DNA of 64,000 nucleotides from the IMG/VR virus record IMGVR_UViG_3300046721_000269, one strand, 5' to 3'. The number at the start of each line of letters is the position of its first letter. The first letter of the stretch is position 1. Below are positions 46,118 through 54,900 of the stretch, piece after piece. Under the pieces are notes generated by a model. It saw only the letters and a program-made list of their open reading frames with translations. It did not search any database and had not been told where the DNA came from. Both the position numbers and the translations under genes were made by a program. The DNA comes from an uncultured virus (IMG/VR IMGVR_UViG_3300046721_000269) (lineage: Duplodnaviria > Heunggongvirae > Uroviricota > Caudoviricetes).

Positions 46118-48124
46118 ATGCCTCAGCCAATCAGACCGCTTAGTCCAATCACCGGAGCTCTCGACCTGAGAAGCTCCCCTGACCAGTTAGCAGCGGATGC
46201 CCTCCGCATGCGGCAAAACTTCCAATGCACGGGACAAGGCAAGTTAAGGCGGGGGTCCGGATTCGAGAAGCTGCTCAGCACCGGCAATTACAACAACTCG
46301 GACTTTCACGATCAGCTATTGAGCTTGTCGCACGCAGGCGGGCGCCAGCCGGTTACGCTTCTCTTCGAGGCGATCAGTACGCTTGGCGTGCGATCGCTGA
46401 TTATTGGGACTCAGCAGACCGTAGCGCAGCTTAACGCCTTCTCCGGCAATTACCGGATCCTGGGCGGAGGGTTTGGCGGGACGTTCAGCCAGGACGCAAT
46501 GGCCCCGAGGTTCAAGGCGGCTCAGCAGGGGGACTACGTTCTTTTGACCAATAACTTTGATAAGGTCAAATACCTCAGGCTCGAGCAGGCCGCGGACCCA
46601 ATCACCGGCAAGTTCCTCTACGACGTGCCGGACCTCGACATTATCGCTCTGACCCAGGCCAAGGTTATTTGGCAGTGGAAAAGCGTGGTGTTCCTGGCGG
46701 ACGTGACCATGGACCAGGAGCGGGTTTCTTACCGGCTGGTGTGGTCAGACTTCGACAACCCGACGGGCTTCGATCCGGCTGTGCTTTCCTCGATCACCGG
46801 GTTTAAGGACCTGTTCACCTACGAGACGATTCTTGCCGGCATGCCCATCGGCAACTCGTTCCTGATCTACACAACGCACGGGATTTGGGAGATGATAGCG
46901 GTCGGCGGGGACCAGTCCTTTGACTTCCGCAGGGTCTACAACGGAGAGAAGGACGAATTCAAAGGGTGTCTCGCCTACCCCAACACCCTCATTAACGCGC
47001 ATGATACCCATTTCTACATCGGACGAGAGGGCCTTTACCAGTTCGGTCAGTATTACCCTGCACCAGATCGACCTGAATGGCTGCACCGTGCGAGTTACGA
47101 CCTGCTGTCCAATATCGACCCCGCGGCCTGTGACGCTCACGTTGCCGGTGTATTTGCGGACGAAGTCCTCTTTTCAGTGGCGACGAAGAGCGCAACCGGG
47201 CACTGCCCCGACTACAGCCTGCGCATTAACAAAGCGTTCTCAGTAGCAGACGTGGTGGACCACGGCTTTACCGCCATCAGCCAGTTTTCACCGCAGATCA
47301 TTGAGACGATCCGCGACTTCATCATTGAGAACGAGATTTGCACGCTCTCAGGCATGGCGAGCGCGGGCTATCCCTACGGGCCGGAAGGTTTGCCCCGCGT
47401 ATTGCCGGCGCCATCGGTCCCCTACGCCCCGGATAGCATTTACCAGACTGCGCGCCTTGCAGTAGCGGGGACCCACGTTGAGGACTACACGCAGCCGAAT
47501 AGCTCTTCGCACTCAATTTGCAGCCTGATTGGAGGCGAACGGCTAAGCGAAATCTGCCGCATGTGCAAAACGGACCCGCTCCTTATCGCGGTCAGCTCCG
47601 CGGATTGGTGCATTAAGTCACTGGGCCGGGTTTACTACCGCGAGATTTGCGCCAATCCTTCTGCAGTGGGGACCACCGACGCAAACGGCTACACGGCCGC
47701 GGTCGGGCAGTACGTGCTCAATGGGGTAACCTCGATTCTCCGTTTTGCGCCGGCCTTCGCTGCCGACGCCATGATTAAGCTGAGCAAGCTCGAGCTGAAG
47801 TTTTTGCCGGCCCAACCTCCGCAGATCCCGCCGCTCAGCGTCAGCTTGAGGGTGGGAGTGTCAGCCGAGCCAGCGGATCCGAATACCGGAGTTGGCATCG
47901 TTTTCTATCAGCACTCGAGCAAGCCACTCGCCTACGCCACGCAGCGCAACCAGGCGCAGCATTTGCTGGCGAACACTCAGCCGAGCTCACGTGCGCTCTG
48001 GAACTTTGACCGGCGGGGCCGGTTCATCTACGTGGAAATCACGATTACCGGAGTTGGCGGGGACGCGCTCTTCTCCGACCTGGATACAGAGCTCGCGATG
48101 CTCGGTCGAACCCGCAATTATTGA
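46118..48124 (+). CDS. tail tubular / DNA stabilisation (nozzle) protein, podovirus-like
   Basis: 668 aa beta-propeller-like; QGKLRRGSG, RLVWSD..NP, GRFI...I motifs. Confidence 0.65.
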   Translation: MPQPIRPLSPITGALDLRSSPDQLAADALRMRQNFQCTGQGKLRRGSGFEKLLSTGNYNNSDFHDQLLSLSHAGGRQPVTLLFEAISTLGVRSLIIGTQQTVAQLNAFSGNYRILGGGFGGTFSQDAMAPRFKAAQQGDYVLLTNNFDKVKYLRLEQAADPITGKFLYDVPDLDIIALTQAKVIWQWKSVVFLADVTMDQERVSYRLVWSDFDNPTGFDPAVLSSITGFKDLFTYETILAGMPIGNSFLIYTTHGIWEMIAVGGDQSFDFRRVYNGEKDEFKGCLAYPNTLINAHDTHFYIGREGLYQFGQYYPAPDRPEWLHRASYDLLSNIDPAACDAHVAGVFADEVLFSVATKSATGHCPDYSLRINKAFSVADVVDHGFTAISQFSPQIIETIRDFIIENEICTLSGMASAGYPYGPEGLPRVLPAPSVPYAPDSIYQTARLAVAGTHVEDYTQPNSSSHSICSLIGGERLSEICRMCKTDPLLIAVSSADWCIKSLGRVYYREICANPSAVGTTDANGYTAAVGQYVLNGVTSILRFAPAFAADAMIKLSKLELKFLPAQPPQIPPLSVSLRVGVSAEPADPNTGVGIVFYQHSSKPLAYATQRNQAQHLLANTQPSSRALWNFDRRGRFIYVEITITGVGGDALFSDLDTELAMLGRTRNY

Positions 48125-48657
48125 TGGCCAAGACCAATCCACTTGACGCTTTCGTTGCCCCGAGGCCCTCGAGCTTTCCGTCAGATTTCCGTCTCCCGCC
48201 GATGCCGAAGCTGCTAGACTCGATCAAGAGCGGGGTCGGATTCATGAAAGGACTAGAAGCGCATGACCAAGCACTCGAACAGTGGAGGCAAAACGCGGAA
48301 AAGTCGATCAACGAGCGTATCACGCAACCGTCGAGCACGGCCACGGCCACGACCTCGACCGCGCCAGCGGCGACGGTAACGCCGGTTACGGAAACCGTCT
48401 CGGAAGTTACGTCGGTCAACAGCAAGACGGGTGACGTCTCCCTGACTACTGACGACATACCGCCCACGTCCATGAATCAATACCTCACGGGCGCGGGCTG
48501 GTTAAACTTCTTCGACCACCTTGGGTTTATCCGGACGGATATTCCCGTTGGCGACTCTGTTTACGTTCCACTTCAAAGAGCGGCAGTCATCCCTGGACCG
48601 TTCACTGTTGAGGGGTCATTGACCGTCGACGGGGTAATTCTCTTCCTACCACTATGA
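48124..48657 (+). CDS. tail-associated protein
   Basis: VTSVNSKTGDVSLTTDDI fibre repeat; GPFTV.GSLTV.G. Confidence 0.65.
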   Translation: MAKTNPLDAFVAPRPSSFPSDFRLPPMPKLLDSIKSGVGFMKGLEAHDQALEQWRQNAEKSINERITQPSSTATATTSTAPAATVTPVTETVSEVTSVNSKTGDVSLTTDDIPPTSMNQYLTGAGWLNFFDHLGFIRTDIPVGDSVYVPLQRAAVIPGPFTVEGSLTVDGVILFLPL

Positions 48658-49019
48658 GCACCAGCATCAACGGCTCTGACCTTGCGGTCCCAGGCACAGC
48701 CACTATCGCAACTCTCGCGCTGACTAACCCGGCGGTTATCCTCCGGCCCTACGTGGCCACGGGGGTAAACTATCCGGCAACGCTCCTTGATGAGATAATC
48801 GAGCTGACTGCAACCGGGCTGACAGTGACCCTGCCGACGCCGGTTGGCTGCGCCGGCAAAGAGTTCCTCGTCAAGCTCACGGCAGCGACCTCGAGCGGCA
48901 CAGTGGCAACCGCGGCCGGCAGTATCGAGGGTGTTCCGACCTACAGCCTCACCGCCCAAGACAAGTACGTCCGTGTATTCAGCAACGGAACAGACTGGCT
49001 CATCAGCGGATCGAATTGA
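48654..49019 (+). CDS. small tail fibre/spike protein
   Basis: TVTLP....GKEF.VK...I.G..TY.L..Q....V.SNGT.W.I. Confidence 0.65.
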   Translation: MSTSINGSDLAVPGTATIATLALTNPAVILRPYVATGVNYPATLLDEIIELTATGLTVTLPTPVGCAGKEFLVKLTAATSSGTVATAAGSIEGVPTYSLTAQDKYVRVFSNGTDWLISGSN

Positions 49020-49431
49020 GCTGGCAAGGCCAGACGACGTGATTCGGATTGGGCAGATGCTTCGCCGGTTCTACGGCACCCACGGGGCCATCTACGGGAT
49101 CCCATACGATCACGGGTCCTGCCTCTCGACGATCCTCAAAACCATCCAGGACGGGATCTGCCTCGTCGGACGCAACTCCTGCGCGGGAGCCCTGCTCCTA
49201 CCCTTCCCCTTCAATTCAAACGCGGTAGTGGCCCATATACCGTTTTGGTACGTGGAAAAAGGCCGGCAAATCGCGATCTTCGACGTGCTTCTCAGAGAGT
49301 GTAAACGCGCCGGAGCCAAGTTCGTCAACGTAGCGGCCCTGGCCCCAAAGGGGACCGGGAAGCGCTTCTACGCCGTGCGCGGGCTCAAGCTGGCGGAGTT
49401 TCAGTACATCGGTCCCGTCGAAAAGACTTGA
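48973..49431 (+). CDS. GNAT-like acetyltransferase of the tail module (start uncertain)
   Basis: IELARPDD...WYV...GA...RFY...G...E; typical position before ejected proteins. Confidence 0.6.
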   Translation: MYSATEQTGSSADRIELARPDDVIRIGQMLRRFYGTHGAIYGIPYDHGSCLSTILKTIQDGICLVGRNSCAGALLLPFPFNSNAVVAHIPFWYVEKGRQIAIFDVLLRECKRAGAKFVNVAALAPKGTGKRFYAVRGLKLAEFQYIGPVEKT

Positions 49432-49461
49432 AACATCGCCGGGAAAGATTAAAAGAGCCGC

Positions 49462-50841
49462 ATGGGTGCAATCGGCGGGATCATTAGAGCAGCAAGCGGA
49501 CCCCCGAGCTATTCAACAATAAGCTCGGTGAAGAACCCCGCCCTTCAGGGCGCGATCGATACCTCGATTAGCGGACTACCCCAGCTCCAACGCGGGGTAA
49601 ACGCCGGGTTAGACACCTTCACGCGGGATTGGAATGCGGCCACTCCCCAAGTAGCTGCTGAGACAGGCCAGGAAACCAACGCCATCGGCCAGTTCTACAA
49701 CGGGCAAATGGCGAGCCAGCTCGCGCAGCTCAGAGCATCGCGTCAGGGGGCAGTAAACGCCGCGGCCAACGTGGCGACCCAACAGGCTTTGGCCTCTCAG
49801 AACAGGTCCAGGCTTACCGGCTCCGGCGGATTGGGGAGCTACAATCAGCGCCAGACGATCGCCGCGCTGCAGCCGATCCAGGTTCAGGCCGCGCTCGAAA
49901 ACGAGAACCAAAGGCGGTCGGACCTCGGCTACCTGACTCAAAACCAAGTGGGTTTGGCCGGTACACGGGAGTCTCTTCAGAATCAGCTTGCAGGGCGCTC
50001 ACTCGTGCCAGGGCAACAGCGGCTCGCGACGCTCGGCCAGGAAAACCAGTACATGAGCGGTCTGACAAACCTCGACCAGGCCAACAAGTTTTACGGGCTG
50101 CAGAAGTCCCCGAATATGTGGGCGGACGTTGCGGACTCACTCGACCAGGGTGTTCTCAATGCCGCATCGATATATTCCTCGATGGGGACCCCCGGAATGG
50201 GGCACAAAGAGGGCGGACTTATCCGCGGCCCGGGTACCGGGACGTCCGACTCGATACCTGCACGCCTGTCAAAGGGCGAATTCGTTGTCCCGGCGGACGT
50301 GGTCCACATTCCCGGTGTGCTGCCTCTCCTCGAGAAGATGAGGCACTTGCACAACATGCACCACGTAAGCCGACATCAGGAAGGACTCAAAGTCTACCTG
50401 AACCAGATGAAGCGCGCCAAGGCGACCACAACGGGGACGGGGACCGCCAAGATGGCCAGTGGGGGATTGGCCGGCGGTTACGGTGGGTTCGGGGGCGGAG
50501 GCGGCGGCGGTGGGGGCGGTGGGGGACTTGCCGGCTCGGCTCAGCAGCTCGGCGCCAGGGTCGACGCGGATCTTCAGGCGCAGTGGTTGCCACCTACCAT
50601 TCTTCCGACGGATGGCGGAGTGGGCGTAACGGCTCCTGGCGGAATGGGACTTGGCAGGCCGCGCGCCACAGCAATGCCGTCGGGCGGAGTCGGAAGCGGC
50701 GGCTTTGAACAATCTCCCTACCTCAACATGAGCAACTGGGAGGGAGTGCCAAACGAGTGGCGCAGTTACGCTAACGCAATGGCTGAGAAGTACAGCAACC
50801 CCAATAGCCCGCACTACATCAAACCGGGCACTTACGAGTAA
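49462..50841 (+). CDS. internal virion / DNA ejection protein
   Basis: Gln/Gly/Ala-rich; GGLIRGPGTGTSDSIPARLSKGEFVVPAD motif. Confidence 0.7.
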   Translation: MGAIGGIIRAASGPPSYSTISSVKNPALQGAIDTSISGLPQLQRGVNAGLDTFTRDWNAATPQVAAETGQETNAIGQFYNGQMASQLAQLRASRQGAVNAAANVATQQALASQNRSRLTGSGGLGSYNQRQTIAALQPIQVQAALENENQRRSDLGYLTQNQVGLAGTRESLQNQLAGRSLVPGQQRLATLGQENQYMSGLTNLDQANKFYGLQKSPNMWADVADSLDQGVLNAASIYSSMGTPGMGHKEGGLIRGPGTGTSDSIPARLSKGEFVVPADVVHIPGVLPLLEKMRHLHNMHHVSRHQEGLKVYLNQMKRAKATTTGTGTAKMASGGLAGGYGGFGGGGGGGGGGGGLAGSAQQLGARVDADLQAQWLPPTILPTDGGVGVTAPGGMGLGRPRATAMPSGGVGSGGFEQSPYLNMSNWEGVPNEWRSYANAMAEKYSNPNSPHYIKPGTYE

Positions 50842-51908
50842 TGGCAGACCCAATCGTTGGCGATTCTTTTGGAGGCATCCAGCAGTCTCAACTGCAGCAG
50901 GAGGGGCTTCGGCGCGCCGCTTTCGCGCAGTCGATGGCCAACATTCTCGGCAGTCTCCGTGAACGCAACAACTTGGCGCTGGCAACGCACCAGCAAGAGC
51001 TGGAGCAGGGATACCACAAGGCGCAGATGGAACACGCCGAGCGCGAGCTCGACTTGAGGAACCATGAAGCGCTATGGCGCAACCAGCGAGACATCGAGCA
51101 TAACAAGATCAGCCAGGGGTATCTGGACATGCAAAACAAGATGCTCGACTGGCAAAAGACTCAGCCGACCTCAGCCAACGTGCGAGAGCAGGCCTTCCAG
51201 GATGCCCAGGCTGAGAGGCTCGCGACCCAGGGTTATTTTGACGATCCGGCTCACGTGCAATCGGTCTACCCGCACATGAGCGAAGCTCAGGCGGGATTGC
51301 TGGCCGATGAATCGTACCGTGCCCGCTCGCAGTTGGAGAGCGACTACAACACAGCCAACGAGGCCGCGGGCACGCTCAACCGGCAGATGGAGCTGACGAA
51401 GTCGATTGCGAGCACCAAGAGCGCCGTTGCCAAGGTCCCATGGTATCGCGGCATGCCTACGGAACTTCAGACCGCCAAGGAGAATTTGCCCCAGCTGCAA
51501 GCCGAGCTCGGGGACGTGAGCAACCGGGCCAACAAGATCCAGCAGGACAAACGGCTCGCGGGCCTCGTGACCTACGACCCGCAGAGCGGGAAGTACATGC
51601 CGACGGTCCCAACGCCGCAATGGCAGAATCGCCAGCGCCGCGGTAACGGATCGTTGAACACCGGGAGCACGGGGACCAGCAGCGCGCCGACGCCTGAAGA
51701 TCAGGCCGGAGGAGTCGGGGGAGGCCTCGGCGGACTCGGTGCCAATCCTGGTGTCACCCCGACTACTGGGACCGGCAGCACTGGACGCAAATACCCGATG
51801 CCGGTGTATGACCTCGTCAACAGGTATGTAAGCCAGGGGATGCACCCCTCCGACGCGCTAAGCATGGCCATTAGCGATTACGGCCAGTCCACCGAGAACA
51901 CGCGGTAA
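50841..51908 (+). CDS. internal virion / ejection protein (coiled coil)
   Basis: 355 aa Gln-rich, TAATG coupling. Confidence 0.65.
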   Translation: MADPIVGDSFGGIQQSQLQQEGLRRAAFAQSMANILGSLRERNNLALATHQQELEQGYHKAQMEHAERELDLRNHEALWRNQRDIEHNKISQGYLDMQNKMLDWQKTQPTSANVREQAFQDAQAERLATQGYFDDPAHVQSVYPHMSEAQAGLLADESYRARSQLESDYNTANEAAGTLNRQMELTKSIASTKSAVAKVPWYRGMPTELQTAKENLPQLQAELGDVSNRANKIQQDKRLAGLVTYDPQSGKYMPTVPTPQWQNRQRRGNGSLNTGSTGTSSAPTPEDQAGGVGGGLGGLGANPGVTPTTGTGSTGRKYPMPVYDLVNRYVSQGMHPSDALSMAISDYGQSTENTR

Positions 51909-51946
51909 AGATTTGATTAGAAGGGCGTCCATGGTAAAAACCGCAC

Positions 51947-54900
51947 ATGGCGCTGTCATTCGACGAAATCGATCAAATCGAAATTCCACAAGCTCAGAAC
52001 AGCCGAAGCCTAGCGGGCAAGCTCCTGAGCCCCGACGAGATTGACTCCCTGCCGGCAGGAGGCAGGCCTCAGCTCTCCCCCCAAGAGATAGATTCTATCC
52101 AGAATCCAATCAGATTCCGTTCCGTCGACACAACGGTTCCAGGAATGCGGACGACACGGGGCGGACCACCACTTCAACTACCGGAGGAGGCAGCAAGCCC
52201 GTTTGACGAGCTCGAGGGGCCAGTCTCGACCACCGCGGTCGGTGCGGCTCGGACCGCCGGCTCAACCCTCGGAGCGGCCGGGAAAGGGGTAGCTGCGATC
52301 GGGGAGGATGTCCTTGAAGCGCCAACACAGATAGCCGGTTATCAGCAAGGGTTTCGCAATATCCGCTCACTCGGCCGCGTGAAGTCGGTCGGCAATTTGC
52401 TCGGCGGAATCGAGCAGGAACAGCCCACGCCGTTCGAAGAGGAGACACAGCAGACGACCGGCATACCTCGATTTGCCAGGACGGCAACCACGTCTCTGCT
52501 CGAGATGGAGCCACGGCTCGCGGCCGGGTTTGCCCTCGGCGCCGCAGGCGTGCCGGCATCGCTGGCGGCAGCAGCGCCGATGGTTGCGACGGACAAGGGC
52601 GAGCTCGACCCGATTGGCGCGGCGATCGCGGCGGGGCTTCCTGGGGTGAGCAGCCTGGGTGAGGACGTTGTCGCGAAGCTGCTCTCAAAGGTCCCGGTAT
52701 CGAAAGTTGCGATCGACGTGCTGTCCAATGACCCGATGAAGCTCAAAGGCAAAATCACCCAGGAGCTCGGGGGCATCCAGATATCAAGCGATCAGTTCAG
52801 GCACTTCCTTGAGTCCGGCGGCGGGTTTCTCGCGGCGAATGCGTACCTCGCTGCCGCTGAAGTGGCGCGCAACCCGGAGCGGATCGGCAAGATGACCGCG
52901 GCTGAGGCAAAGCAATACGCGCTTGATTTCGTGGCGCAGAACCTTGCGCCGGCCCTGCTCGGGTTCATTCGAAGCGGAGAGAGTCGCACGATTGGGGAAC
53001 TCCGGCCGGGATTGCAAAAGGAAATGCGTCCGCCGATCGAGGAGGCCGCGCAGTTCATTCAGCAGGCCAACGAGCGGATCCAGGCCAACGGCGATTTGGA
53101 TACTCAGCTCAAGACCCATTTGACCCAACGCCAGGCCGCAGGCGCGGGCCAGCACGAGATAGACGCCATCCAGGCGGCAATCGACAACAACGAGAAGGCG
53201 ACTCGGGACCTCCGGACGAGGGCTCGGTATGCCAACGACCAGTACACCCAGGATGAATGGGACGCATGGAAGGGACAACAACCCGGCACGGCGCAGCCGG
53301 CTCAGCAACCACCTGCAGGCGGGGCGCCGACCGGCCAGCAATTAACACCAGGAGACATAGATGCCATTAACCCAAGCGGGAACGTGGAGGGCGTTCCAGG
53401 ACAACAAACGGGAGTTGCTCCGGTCGGGCAAACGGGGACCCCAACAGGCGGAGGCGATAGCGTTCCGAGTGATGAAGGCCAACGGGGGACATCCGCCCCC
53501 GCCGTCCCCGCACAGCAAACTGGGGCGCCAGCTCCGAGCGCGCCGCCGGTTCAGCCAGGGGGGGCTGGCCCGAGCGGTGAACGGGTTCCGCCAGTCGTTC
53601 CTACGGGTGCGCCCGCGCAGCCTCAGACGCGAAAGCCAGAGGTAGCCAACCTCGGGACCGGAACACAGCTAAACAATCTCGGGGACCCCTTGGGGACGGC
53701 TTACTACGCTACTCCGGAGGATTACGCTAAATGGACCGACCTACAGAAAAAGCTCAAGGCCTCGGTCGACCGCATGCTCGAGCTTTACAAGTCCAATGAG
53801 CGCGGGGAGCAGTGGGACAAGGTTCAAGAGCAATACAGGGCGCTCCAGCAGGAAAACGAGGACCTTAAAAACAAGTATGGAGGCATGCCGCCTGCAGCGC
53901 CAAAGGTGGAAGTCAAAAGCCAGGGCGCGACCAATCCCAATCCGACGCCAGCGCAGACCGAGGCGGGCAACTATCAGAAGCGGGAGCTGAAGATTGAGGG
54001 ATTGCCGGCCATCAGCATTGAGAACGAGGCCGGCGGAATCCGGAAGAGCAAACCGGGCGCGCCACCGTGGCAGGTGCAAATGCCAGTGGCCTACGGCTAC
54101 TTCAAAGGGACGAAGGACAACACGAAGGAGCACGTCGACGTTTACGTCGGCCCAAATCTGCAAAGCGATAAAATCTTTGTTGTCGACCAGCTCGACCCCG
54201 ACACGCACCTATACGATGAGCCTAAGGTGCTGCTCGGGTTCAACGCGCCAGGCGAAGCACGCATGGCCTATGCCGCATCATTCTCCGACGGAAAGGGGAA
54301 TGCCCGGTGGGGAACAGTTACGCAGATGACCAGAGAAGCGCTTGCGCAGTGGCTGAAGAAGCCAACCCGCATAGCGGAGGAGGGCGGACAAGGATCCGAG
54401 GAGTGGCTTGCGAGTCAGAAGAAAACGGCAGCAAGAGTTGGGGTTCCCCTCTCTCAATGGCTGGCTATGTCGAAACAGACAAACCTGGAGCAGCTCGGGC
54501 AATGGGGGGTAACTCAAGCTCAACTGCTCGAGCGCGCTGCAACGAAACCCGCCGAAAGTGGAACGAAAGGGCCTGAAAGTGGAACGAAAGTCCCGGAAAC
54601 TAAGCCGGAACGCAAAACCGGCGACCTGGAAGGACTAACCGAGGAAGAGCTCGATTCGATGCTGGACACGGCGTCGACGGAGGCAAAGAAGCCTGAAAAA
54701 CCGAAAGCTCCGAAGGCTCCCAAAGCGCCAGTACCGGTAAAGCAGCGGGAGTGGCGCGAGATTGGCAAGAACGCGGCCGGGGACAAAGTCTACGAGGACC
54801 GCAACGGCGTCCGCTCGATCGTGCGTGCGGGTGTGAGAGTTTCCGAGGCGGTAGAGCTCATCCCGACCCGAGAGGGCATTAAATTCGCCCGCCCAACCGA

